Positions 41,301 to 52,941 of a DNA stretch of 64,000 nucleotides are shown here, piece by piece. The notes beneath the pieces are model-generated. The model was not told where the DNA came from and ran no database searches. It was given only the letters and a program-made list of their open reading frames with translations. The stretch covers positions 49,769,743-49,833,742 of the forward strand of contig NC_068983.1 of assembly GCF_001194135.2 (NCBI RefSeq), given 5' to 3'. This DNA is from Octopus bimaculoides. Lineage: Eukaryota. Position 1 is the first letter of the stretch. Each line of letters begins with the position of its first letter. Both the position numbers and the translations under genes were made by a program.

Positions 41301-41475
41301 NNNNNNNNNNNNNNNNNNNNNNNNNNNNNNNNNNNNNNNNNNNNNNNNNNNNNNNNNNNNNNNNNNNNNNNNNNNNNNNNNNNNNNNNNNNNNNNNNNNN
41401 NNNNNNNNNNNNNNNNNNNNNNNNNNNNNNNNNNNACCTCATTCCACGCACATTTAAACTACCCAATTTAATCAT
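38400..41475 (-). pseudogene. ORF2 (APE endonuclease + reverse transcriptase + C-terminal zinc motif) of Tx1 element A
   Basis: Track ORFs 40531-41475, 39709-40497 and 38253-38678 carry the APE start, RT domains and the CCHC-like motif. Interrupted by gaps and frameshifts. Confidence 0.92.
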
Positions 41476-41502
41476 CGAAAAAAAGTAAGGTAAAAATAAA
41501 AC

Positions 41503-43048
41503 TTACGGTTGTGAGAGGGAGCATGACAGTTTGCGTCTGCCTGCTTCCTCCACACTCCCCTCAGCTGCTGGGGCTTTTTACCGGCGTTGTCACCGAGCTC
41601 TGGGTTGGTGTGGCTGCCGACTAATCACTAGTTTTCCGGATATCACGTCGTGGGTGGCATCCTTGATCAAATTCTCCTTCACTACTTCTTGCAGCAATTT
41701 CTCCTTCCACTCTTCCTCTCCAATTTTCGCAAATCTCACTTCGCTGTCTGTACTCTTAAATGTCTTAATTCGGTGGTGCGCCTTTATTAAGCGAACCACC
41801 TTCTCGTTCTTTGCGTTGAAAGCTACAATTCTATCAATGTTTTTAATTCCTTTTAATGTTGGTGGGTGGCGGGGATGGCAAAACGTTGGCCTACCAATGT
41901 AGTACCAGCGGGGTAGGTGTGGGGATTTTTTTTTTGTTGTTGTTCGTCATTTTTGTCAATAATGTTTTTTTTTTGTTTGGGGTGGGGAGTCCGGGGTATG
42001 GCCTTTTTTTCTTATGTGAGACACCATCGTGAAATCTATTTCTTTTTCATTCTCTAGGTTCTCCTCCTCCTCTTTTTCGTTCTTATTTTGTTTCACGTTC
42101 TTTATTTTTTCCTCCTTTTGGGATTCAGGTATTTTTTTTCCCCCTGTATTTTCTTTAGTTGTTGTAGCGTCGGTTTTGTTTTTCTGTGTTTATCACAGCG
42201 CTTTGGGGAGGGGTATCCACTATTTTTTTTTTTTGTGCAGGCTGAACGAACGTGGCTCTTCTGCCCGCATTTAAAGCATCTAGGCCTACGTCCTTCCACT
42301 GATACACGCATGGTACGCCCCTCCCCTACGAAGATTATCTGGTAAATTTTCGAGGACTGCGTTATCTGCTTGAATGACCATTTCGAGGCTTTGACCCTTC
42401 CAGTTTGTTGCTTCTTTCCTCTTCATGCTTAAGATTGATAGCATCCCTTCTACGTCGTAGATAATTGCGGTTGCTACCCAATACACATCATATCCGTCGG
42501 GAATTTCTTCTATTGTAATTTTCGCCGTTCTACGGCCTAAATACGTAGGCAGCAGCATTATTTGGTCATTTTTAAGTGTCTGGGTTGACACCTCTTTCGC
42601 TACGTTTTCCGACTCGAAGTGTGCTTCTATTATTGCACTCTTCACTCCTCGGCAAAAGTAGCGTATTTTCTTCCGAATTGGTGCCAAGCACCGCTCAACG
42701 ATTTCATTTTTAACTTCCATGATTTTTTTTCTCCTTCAAGTTGTACACCTTGTAGACTACGGTTTTTTTTTTAATTGCTTCGATGGTCTCAAGGTGTGGT
42801 ACCAACTTTGTTATGTCTCCTGATTTTTCAATTTAGTTTCTGAACTGGAGTAGCTTCTCCATAGCTACTTCCAGTTCAATTACGCTGCCGCCTACGGCGT
42901 CAGAAAAGCTCTGTTTTGCCTGGTTTTCCTTGTTTGTAACGGTATTATTGTTCATGGCTGTAACAGCACTTCTGTCCTTGGTTATAACGGTATTATTCCC
43001 TTCTCCCATCTCGGGAAAGTCGGTTTTTGAAGCCAGTTCAAATTCCAT
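41503..43048 (-). pseudogene. ORF1 (gag-like, zinc knuckle) of Tx1 element A, frameshifted
   Basis: Track ORFs 42833-43048, 42286-42720, 42102-42311 and 41590-41799 align in order to ORF1 of element B: FSDAVGG, TVVYKVYN, MLLPTYLGRRT, TNWKGQSLE, VEGRRPRCFKCG. Confidence 0.85.
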
Positions 43049-43315
43049 AATGTTTTTTTTTTAATTATAAACATTGTCACAATTGACAAGAAAATCAATT
43101 AGCAAAAAAACAACCTCGAAAGGTTAACAAGAAAAAACAGAAATCTTCTGCCCCATAGGGCGAAAATAACGGTAAAACAGTTCACCACAAAACAGTCCAA
43201 ATAAACTATTCCACAAAAAAATATCAACAAATAGGTAACCAGAAAGCGAACTCACATTAACCAGGGTAGCAACAATAAAGACGCAAAAGTCAAGCTTCGA
43301 TGTGGTGTACACTCG

Positions 43316-43500
43316 AGTGAAATTCCTCTCTCTTCTTTATTATAAATACGTAGCAGATAACAGCTAAACTTTGGCTGCTATTTGGGCCCCGTTGTGTCCA
43401 CTACTCTGATTGGTTTGTATTGGCGCAATTTGTCTCTTAGTCTATCGCTCCAAAATGCAACTTAACCAATCGGAGTCCCTAAATAATATTGTCTGATATT
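43316..43500. promoter_or_regulatory. Candidate bidirectional promoter spacer between the two Tx1 5' ends
   Basis: Overlapping TATAAATA (+, 43341-43348) and TATAATAAA (-, 43344-43336). The minus motif lies 26 nt upstream of an initiator-like TCACT (-, 43320-43316). Three CCAAT boxes at 43409-43413 (-), 43419-43423 (-) and 43466-43470 (+). Motif-only evidence. Confidence 0.4.
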
Positions 43501-43617
43501 GAGTTGTATACTGTGACCCTACCCCTCGCGGGGGAAGGAAATATATACAACCATTACAACTTTGAACTGTGCTTTTGAAAAAAATATATTTGTTTAATTT
43601 TTGCGTTGATGCAAAAT

Positions 43618-45285
43618 ATGTCTTCGACAGAAGAAATTGCTTCAAAAAATGCCTTCGTCAGAAGAAACTGCTTCCAAAAGGATGAATTTCGCCGCCGCTG
43701 TAGGCGGACAATAACATATTGTCGTAAATATGGATAAAATAAAAAGTATTTCGAAATGATATCGGAAGAAAATGGAGAGAATAAGGTTTCGTCTCCCAGC
43801 GAGGTGATGAACAATATTAAGGAACGCACGATTGTGTATAAAACCTATAACACTGAGAGGAAATCATTTGAATTTTTGGAAGAGACTGCCGTGGAAAAGT
43901 GCCTCGGGCATATTATGAAAGAAGTGAAGTATTTGGCTCGTGGCACCAAATTCGCAACTGTGGAAGCCAGGTTCGAATCCAGCGAGAGCGCAAGGAATCT
44001 CTCGACTCAAACCGTTACAAGTGGCAAAATAATGTTGTTACCACTTTATCTGGGACGGAGGACGTCCAGGATAAAGATTCAACATATACCACCAGAGGTA
44101 GATGTAGACTGTATTATGGCTACACTACTATACAAGAGAGAGGATAAAATAAACATAATCCTAGTAACGAGGGATGGCCCAACAAACTGGAAAGGGCAGT
44201 CCCTTGAGATATTGGTGCAGGCTTCCAGCCTCCACCTAGAAGAACTACCCGAGACCATAAATATCATCGATAAAATTGTCCCAATTCACGTTGAAGGACG
44301 TAAACCCAGGTGCTTCGATTGCGGAAAGAAGGGGCACCTGAGGTCCAAATGCTTGAAAAAGAAGGAACTAAATATAGAAGTGGAACCACAGGTCAAAGAG
44401 GCAGGCACACAACCGGTGACCACAGTGGCAGCATCGACGGCCAAGGTGACAGTCACTAAGTCGGTGGTTTACAAGTCTAAGAATAAGAGGTCGATAACCC
44501 AACCTGTGTCAACGGCGGCAGGGGAGGCCAATATGCAACCGACCACCAGTGAGATGGCACCGATGGCCTTAGAGGCCGTTCTAAAAACAGTAGCCAACAA
44601 AAACCAACAAGTGATCCAGCCAGTAACGATAGAGGCGGCGCCGACAACCATGGAGGTCGTTACGAAGCCGGCGTTCTCAAACAACAGGCCAACAATACCG
44701 AAAGCCAAGGAAGCCTATATTCAGCCATCAAATACAGAAGTGGCACCATTGGCCACGGAGGCTGGCACGAGGTCAGCGACAACCTCTGAAAATAATGCCC
44801 CTCGGAGTAATGTGGAGGAGGCACCCACTAACAAGAAAGCAGCTTCAGCAAAAGAGACACCAGCAAGCGAAACAAGTGAGAAAGAATTCAAGGAGGTGAC
44901 AAGAAAAAGAAGAGGAAGGACTCCCCTCCCTCTGAACTTGCCCCGAAAAACAAAATGGAGAAAAAAAGATCAACAAACCCATATAAAGGATTAATAGACT
45001 TCAAAAAAGATCTTCATACAATACAGAACAAAGAACAAATATCTAGACGGGGTTATTAAACCCCATCTAGAGTCGAATGTGTATTTTGTAAACGACACCA
45101 AAAAGGCCATCACAACGGCCAAAGTACCAGAGAAACTGTACTACGATTTAAGGAAATGTCATCCGGAAGATATTCGGATAGTACAAAACCCTAGAGAGAT
45201 GTTTGACCTGCCGGTTGAACACTTCGTCAAAGACAGTGGCCAAACGGAAGAAGGCGAAAGGGAAATCCACTCGAAACGAACGTAA
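43618..45285 (+). pseudogene. ORF1 (gag-like, zinc knuckle, long T/A/P-rich linker) of Tx1 element B, frameshifted
   Basis: The 412-aa track ORF 43756-44994 is preceded by a frameshifted N-terminus (MNFAAAVGG at 43682, homologous to FSDAVGG in element A). A frameshifted C-terminal piece lies at 45079-45285. A tandem duplication of about 31 bp sits at 43619-43680. Confidence 0.88.
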
Positions 45286-45310
45286 GTTCAACCCTCTTTC
45301 CTTTTTCAAT

Positions 45311-48300
45311 ATGGCTATGCTAAGTATTGCTTGTTTGAATGTCCGTGGCCTGGGGTCGAAGAAGAAGCAGGCGACCTCAGAGCACACAAAATTGATGTTA
45401 TGGTCACTACAAAGACCAGGCCGGACAAACTACTGGACTTCACACCCCTCCTAAACGGCTACGACAAAATCATGTCCCCTAGCCGGGAGGGAGGGAGTAG
45501 AGGCGTAGTGATTTTGCTCCGGAAAAGCCTGGTCATGCAGACACGTACAATCTTCGTGGACCCAGAAGGCGAGTCGGTCGTTCTGGATCTGACAATCAGT
45601 GGTAAGGCCTTCGGGTTGGCTGGCATCTACGCGCCTGGGACACCAAGCAAACGAGATGGCTTCTTTCGACGCCTGGAGAATGTTCTTGTGACATCTAAGA
45701 CAGTAGTTGTGTTAGGTGATTTCAACGCTATTCTGGATGCCCGCCTGGATAGCGTCGGCTCTAACGCTAGGAAAAATGACTCGTGCCTCGGAGATCTACT
45801 GAAGCGATATAGGCTGGTAGATCGATTTCGATCTAGTAATCCGAGCGTGCCAATGTGGACTTGAACAAATCACGACGGATCGATCAGATCGTGTATAGAT
45901 AGGATTATTGTAAGTGATAGAGATAAAGATAGTCTAAATTGTTCACAGTTTACCTATGTACCCTACACGGATCATAAATTAGTGACGTGTACGGTACATA
46001 TAGAGAAGGTCCATAGTCAGGGATCTGGCTACTGGAAGTTGAACAAGACTTTATTGAATTGTGAAACGTACCGTAGTCAGATTAAGGTGTTAGTAAAGAG
46101 GGCACTATCCGGCTCTGTGATTAACAACCGGTGGTGGAGTGCCCTCAAAAGAGCCATTCGACTTGAGTCGATATGATATAGTAAACAGTTAAGTTTAGAC
46201 CAGTCTAGAGTAGAACGGGATCTAATTAAGGCACTAGAAGAGGCATTGAGAATGGACTCTGCTTCACAAGTTTTGGCGGCAAGATCGGCACCTCAATGCC
46301 AAACACGAAGGATGCAGAGTTCGGGCTAAGTGTCGTGCAATGGGTCGTGAGGGTATCAATGTTGCCGGATTGGCCCGCTCGGAAGAAACCAGTCGTGGTG
46401 CGAAGGCCACGATTAGATCTGTGGTAAATGAGCTTAAACAGGAGATCCAAAGACAGGAGGAGATATGTGAGGCCTTCCACGAGCACTTTGATACTTTGTT
46501 CGGGAGGAGCGGGACGCTGGACCGTGGGGACGCCTTACGGCGCTTCCTGGACGGCGGCCCGCGTCTCTCGGCTCGCGATGCTGAGCGCTGTGAAGGGCCG
46601 ATCACGGCTGAAGAAGTCATAGAGGTACTGTCCGAGTGCCCCGAGGAAAAGTCGCCGGAACTGGATGATCTTCCCTGCGAATTCTACAGTAGCATGCCAG
46701 ACTTGTTCGGGAACATACTGGCCAGCGTTTACGCGAATTGGCAGCAGAATGGGAGAATTCCCAAAGCTGTGAGCCGAGGAGTGGTGACGCGGATCATGAA
46801 GGACTCGAGTAAAGGGGACGTTATTAATAATTTCAGGCCCATAACTCTGCTTAACACAGAGTTAAAGATTTTGGCCAAGGTGCTAGCGAAGAGAGTGAGG
46901 GTTGTCGTGGGCGACCTGGTGGGAGAGGCACAGATATGTGCTATCCCAGGAAGGACGATACATGACAACCTTCACCTCATTCGCTACACCATAGAGCGGG
47001 TTGGTAAAATTCCTGGCAAAGGCGGGGCACTGGTGAATTTAGACCAGTCTAAGGCTTTTGATAGGGTTGACCATGAGTATNNNNNNNNNNNNNNNNNNNN
47101 NNNNNNNNNNNNNNNNNNNNNNNNNNNNNNNNNNNNNNNNNNNNNNNNNNNNNNNNNNNNNNNNNNNNNNNNNNNNNNNNNNNNNNNNNNNNNNNNNNNN
47201 NNNNNNNNNNNNNNNNNNNNNNNNNNNNNNNNNNNNNNNNNNNNNNNNNNNNNNNNNNNNNNNNNNNNNNNNNNNNNNNNNNNNNNNNNNNNNNNNNNNN
47301 NNNNNNNNNNNNNNNNNNNNNNNNNNNNNNNNNNNNNNNNNNNNNNNNNNNNNNNNNNNNNNNNNNNNNNNNNNNNNNNNNNNNNNNNNNNNNNNNNNNN
47401 NNNNNNNNNNNNNNNNNNNNNNNNNNNNNNNNNNNNNNNNNNNNNNNNNNNNNNNNNNNNNNNNNNNNNNNNNNNNNNNNNNNNNNNNNNNNNNNNNNNN
47501 NNNNNNNNNNNNNNNNNNNNNNNNNNNNNNNNNNNNNNNNNNNNNNNNNNNNNNNNNNNNNNNNNNNNNNNNNNNNNNNNNNNNNNNNNNNNNNNNNNNN
47601 NNNNNNNNNNNNNNNNNNNNNNNNNNNNNNNNNNNNNNNNTCTGGTTTAGACCGGATCTCTAAGTAGAGAAGAACTGGAGCGAGGTGGCGAGCAAGGTGA
47701 CGGACATAGCCCGGAAGTGGTCCGGGAGGACGTTATCCTTGTTGGGAAGGGCGGAGGTGACACAGGTGTTTATAGCCTCTGTAATAACCTACCGCCTAAC
47801 CGTCGTGCCTTGTCCTGGTTCGTGGCTAAACAAGATGGAACGGATCCTGTTCCGCTTTTTGTGGAAAGGGAAAACGCCACTTGTGAGGCGCTCTGTTTCC
47901 TGCCAGAAACCGTTAAAGGGTGGACTAGGAATGCCTTGGTTGTTGATGCACAGGCACGCGCTGAGACTGAGGCATCTCTGGTGTTACCTGGATGGTGAGC
48001 AGGTGTGGTCACCGCACGTCAGACACTTGTTCCCGTATTTGGATTCCCTTGTGCAATTAGGCACATGGATCAAGCGTAGACTAAGGAAGGGAGATTGGGA
48101 GAGGGAGTGGAGTCAAGCACTCACTCTCTTCTCCCGGGTGAGCAATGCCGGCAACAGGGCTACCGCTGCGGATTTTTATAGAGGGTTGGTAGAGCGCAAG
48201 TTTGATGATGTCCTGGGGGGAAACTCTGGGCTTCGATGAGGAACAACTGACCAGCCTATTTAGAAGAACCTTCGGGCCGAGGTATATGGATAATCACCAG

Positions 48301-48800
48301 AAATCCTTGGCCTGGTTGTGTTATCGATCGGCCTTACCTGTTCGGGAGAGGCTGTCAAGGCACGGTTGTGACATCTCCCCCACATGCCCGAGGTGCCGGC
48401 GTGACAGCGAAACTGTCACGCACGCCTTCGTACACTGCGAGGAGTTAAAAGTATTGATAGCATATGCCGAACGGCTGCTGTCGGACGTGGAAGGATTACG
48501 GCTCTCGACTGAGTCCATGATAAAGATTGTACCACCCTCGCAGGTTAACAACGAAAGAAGGTCATCTTTTCAGTGTATAGTGGCCTTGCTGAAAGAAACG
48601 GTATGGAAGACGCGTGTGCAAGGAATTGCGACAGGCCGCTTCATCTCCGGACAAGGGCTGATAGACTCTTTTAGTTACCTCTTGTCCCAAAAGATTCGTC
48701 TAGAAAAGCGGAGCCTGTCGCAGTGTATACAATAAAAGGTGGATGTCTGTGGTAAGAAAGATGAGTATAAAGGGAGCTGCGCTTGCAAAGCCAGTCAAAA
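45311..48800 (+). pseudogene. ORF2 (APE + RT + C-terminal zinc motif) of Tx1 element B
   Basis: MAMLSIACLNVRG starts at 45311. Track ORFs 45331-45864, 45982-46176, 46340-47650, 47685-48239 and 48202-48735 follow in order, with stops and frameshifts between them. Confidence 0.93.
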
Positions 48801-51800
48801 AAGAAAAGAAAAAAAGATTTTAAAAAAAGGAAAAAGGAAAAATAGAGGAAAAAAAAAGGAAAATAACCGGCGGGTCAATAAATTGAACCCTGAACTTTTT
48901 ATTTAATTCATTTTAATCATTTTTCATTTTAATTTTTAACTTTAAAAGTGTATAATCGTAAATTTTTAAACCCATTCGCATCGTCCAAAGTTTTGCAAGA
49001 TTTGTGTATGTCTTTCTAACGTCCTTTCTTTTGTCCCATCTATATATAACCTTTATGGTTAATAAAGAAAATATTCAGTTCCAGACCTTTTACGATCAAG
49101 CCACTAACCACACGACACAGCTAGTTCTAGTGACAACGCCAGACAACACTCCATCTTCGTCGCCACCATCATGTCTCTCACTAAAGTCGTCAACATTTCT
49201 ACGTACACAGCAACACTGCACAGGTTCTAACATAACACCGTTCGTGAACTACTTCACCATGGTTAACAACAAACATACAACCTCCGAGAACTGTACAAGT
49301 GATCCAGACAGCAGCATTACAGTCACAACTTCGTACGACATGTACTGCAACCGGTTCTCAATCATCGCCACAACTTCTTGATACAGTATTTCTATCACCG
49401 TGTACAATTGACTACGAACTGGTATTTCTCATTCAAGTGTCTATGAACTTTCCTCTAACTTCTCATTTTAGAGTTTCACTTTCTTCCTCTTCATTGTTCT
49501 TATATGTACTTAACGCACACACAGACACACATATACTTTGCCCTCATGACGGCCTGTCATTCATTTTGTATACATGACACACACATGTTGACATACCAAT
49601 AAAATCTGTCTCCAAACATTCTATTCGGTTGTGTCTCTTCTCTTTTTCCAGCTGGCACATCAAATATATTACTACAGCCTTCTGATCTGAGCCGTTATTA
49701 GATGGTCACACTACATTTCACCTTGACTATCTATATACACACATGGAATGGATAGATAATAAATGAGCCTAGTGCTTTGGTGTACTATCATACCAAAAAC
49801 GAATAAGGGTAGCATGAGGCTGTCAAATCACAAATAATGCAAGAGTAACATGCAGATGAACTTGCATTGGAGTATGTGAAATTCAGAAGAAAGGGAGTGA
49901 ATGCTTGCAATTTTACTCTGAATAAAATTTTACTTTGAATTAAAGAGCCTATGGAATAAAGATACTTAAGTGTTAATCATTCACTGTTGTAAGTAATATT
50001 GTAAAATAGCTTAATTAATATAGTATCAGCATTTTGCATTGAAGTTTTATTACTTATCATTAAAGTTTTCAGCATTACCGGAAAACATATGGCCCTTCCA
50101 TTAACACTAATTAATATTAACTATGGAATGATCTTGGAGACATGATATAAATGTAGATAGTTCCATTATCGAATACTTCCGTTCTCTAAATAGTTTCATA
50201 ATTGAATGTTAAGAGTGAATTAAAAATATAATCAGTAGTGATAATAGGAATGAAAAGTTATGGAGTTCGATGTCATTCAGGAATATGTGTCAAAATATTG
50301 TCAAATGAATCGCAAGCAGTTCAACCAAAATATTCATACCGCACGAAGTCACAGTAAACCTGCAACACAGAAAATTTTGTCGCTCTTTGCTTGTCGCTTG
50401 GGTAACGTGGAAAAGAGAATAGGTTTAGTTGCTTGCGTGAATGACTTAAGCAAACTCGCGAATATTTAACTGAATGTTTATTTACAATGAACAATATAAA
50501 TAACTGCCGACTAGGAGAGAGAGAAACTGCACTGAAGCTATAGACAGCTATCGGTGTGACAACATGAGCTCGGTCCAAAAATATACGAAGTTACTAGCGC
50601 AAATCTCCGAGGTGATAGAAATCCGTTGGTCTTCTGCGCAAGTTATTCAGCCAACTGAATTCTGCGACTAAATGACCTGCAAAAACGGTTTAAGTAAGGG
50701 ACAAGTTTTATTCTAGAACAAATGTGGAAACTATATCACAGCACCGCCTCACACTGTATTAATGAAGTTGGTTAATGTTGGCATTATTACCCGGAAACGA
50801 AATCGAAAAAAAAAGAAAAAAAAGTGCAACGGGTGTGTAAAACAAGGTGCAGAAAACAAATCTGAAAACAAAATAATGCGCGGAAAGCAACGAATGTGGG
50901 AGGACTTCGGGAGATTCACAGGATCCGAGTTTTTCCCTTGTTTCTTTGAGAACAATGGATATCTTTTAATGAAATTGTATATAAACACCTTTTAAACGGC
51001 ATGCGTTACGGATGTCTAATGTGCAGTAAACCCCTTATTTTTCTTCGGAAAAAGAGCGTAGTGGTGGTGAGGGGGACCGGAATTATTGGAAAATGTTTTT
51101 CTTTTTTTCGATGAATGCATTACGGTGAGCTAATGTGCCACAAAACACTTTTGGGTCCGGAAAACGGGGGTTTAAAATTTCGTTAAATTTTTACAGCAAG
51201 TGCACCTTTATAAAAATTAGTGGTAACGAAGTCTGGACAGGAGAGAGAAAGAATGATACAAAATCCTTATATAAACCACGTTAGTGTTTGTGCGTGAGTG
51301 AANNNNNNNNNNNNNNNNNNNNNNNNNNNNNNNNNNNNNNNNNNNNNNNNNNNNNNNNNNNNNNNNNNNNNNNNNNNNNNNNNNNNNNNNNNNNNNNNNN
51401 NNNNNNNNNNNNNNNNNNNNNNNNNNNNNNNNNNNNNNNNNNNNNNNNNNNNNNNNNNNNNNNNNNNNNNNNNNNNNNNNNNNNNNNNNNNNNNNNNNNN
51501 NNNNNNNNNNNNNNNNNNNNNNNNNNNNNNNNNNNNNNNNNNNNNNNNNNNNNNNNNNNNNNNNNNNNNNNNNNNNNNNNNNNNNNNNNNNNNNNNNNNN
51601 NNNNNNNNNNNNNNNNNNNNNNNNNNNNNNNNNNNNNNNNNNNNNNNNNNNNNNNNNNNNNNNNNNNNNNNNNNNNNNNNNNNNNNNNNNNNNNNNNNNN
51701 NNNNNNNNNNNNNNNNNNNNNNNNNNNNNNNNNNNNNNNNNNNNNNNNNNNNNNNNNNNNNNNNNNNNNNNNNNNNNNNNNNNNNNNNNNNNNNNNNNNN

Positions 51801-52133
51801 NNNNNNNNNNNNNNNNNNNNNNNNNNNNNNNNNNNNNNNNNNNNNNNNNNNNNNNNNNNNNNNNNNNNNNNNNNNNNNNNNNNNNNNNNNNNNNNNNNNN
51901 NNNNNNNNNNNNNNNNNNNNNNNNNNNNNNNNNNNNNNNNNNNNNNNNNNNNNNNNNNNNNNNNNNNNNNNNNNNNNAATTTACCAAAATTTAATTTTTC
52001 AATTTTTCAAAAATCTATTATTCGTATTTACTGTTAAAAAAACCTCAAGGATCGAAACCGGTTCTGTAATGTTGTTTATAAAAGTATTTTAGCATTTTCT
52101 ACTTTGTCTTTTTTCTATATATATATATATAAG

Positions 52134-52941
52134 TTAAAAGGGTAAAGGTTTATCAATTTATTAATAAATCAACAATTAATAATTTTTACCAAGCCCTTCG
52201 GTATGTAAACACCATTATCGGTGGAGAACTTTTAATAGTTCATATACATTTATAAACATAATTAAGGGATCAGCAAACATTTGCTTCACCACATACCGAA
52301 GTTTAGAAATTGCAGCTAAAAAAACTGAGTCTCCAACAGATAGCATTACTCGTAACTCACAAAGGCAAAAACAAGAAGAAAAAACAAAGAAAACTAACCA
52401 TTCCGAAGTTAATCATAGACGCGTTTCTGGATTATGAGCGATAATACTCAATGTCCTTCATCGGTATGATATTCTAGTAGTAAATTCGACTATGCTAGCA
52501 AACCGTGCATGCATGAACAAGTGAACATCATGCATCGACATAACCTGAAAGCATAACCGAATCTACCTCGGCCAGCCAGTCCACTATTTCTTCCTCAATA
52601 AATTACCATGTGTGTCACGAGCAATACCGCAAAGAATTTGCATTTACTATCAGGGAGTGAATAATTATTACAAATTAAAAGGGTAAAGGTTTATTAATTT
52701 ATTAATAAATCAACAATTAATAATTTTTACGAAGCCCTCTGTATGTAAACACCATTATCGGTGGAGAACTTATTTAAAAGTTCTTATACATTTATAAACA
52801 TAATTAAGGGATCAGCAAACAGTTGCTTCACCACATACCGAAGTTCAGAAATAGCAGCTAAAACAGCTGAGACTCCAACAGATAGCATTTCTGAACTTCG
52901 GTATGTGGTGAAGCAAATGTTTGCTGATCCCTTAATTATGT
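52134..52941 (-). mobile_element. Penelope-like pLTR-type repeat: partial tandem (offset about 541 bp) plus inverted terminal segment
   Basis: 52134-52347 is repeated at 52675-52889. A 55-bp inverted repeat lies at 52798-52852 / 52887-52941, and hammerhead-like motifs are present on the minus strand. Confidence 0.6.
52412..52470 (-). ncRNA. Variant minimal type I hammerhead ribozyme motif (core U4 replaced by C)
   Basis: ATCATA-CCGATGA-A-GGA..TGAG/CTCA..TCC-A-GAAA-CGCGT-C-TATGAT. Stem I has 6 bp, stem III is the palindrome ACGCGT, and the cleavage triplet is GUC. Confidence 0.6.

Larger units (their letters stand above)
38400..43320 (-). mobile_element. Tx1/L1-clade non-LTR retrotransposon A (decayed, 3'-truncated, two N gaps)
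   Basis: ORF1 remnants have a CCHC knuckle (RPRCFKCGQKSHVRSAC). ORF2 begins with an APE motif (MIKLGSLNVRG), has RT motifs (NYRPITLLDVELKILAKVLAKRL, LDQSEAFDRVDH) and a C-terminal CPICxxxxETVQHAFVHC. Homology to element B stops at about 38400. Confidence 0.93.
43500..49073 (+). mobile_element. Tx1/L1-clade non-LTR retrotransposon B (near full length, decayed, one N gap)
   Basis: ORF1 has KPRCFDCGKKGHLRSKC. ORF2 has APE motifs (LNVRG, GDFNA, IDRI, DHK), RT motifs (NFRPITLLNTELKILAKVLAKR, LDQSKAFDRVDH) and CPRCxxxxETVTHAFVHC. An A-rich 3' UTR ends in AATAAAGAAA at 49061-49070. The 5' boundary is uncertain. Confidence 0.95.

Noticed and set aside
38400-49073. The Tx1 pair as a simple inverted duplication or mis-assembly of one element
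   Set aside because: The proteins and UTRs are clearly different; the only residual concern is scaffolding across the gaps.
38295-49676. TGTAG...CTACA ends enclosing both Tx1 elements as one LTR-like composite
   Set aside because: No target-site duplication (CATA vs GCCT) and no long terminal repeat shared by the two ends.
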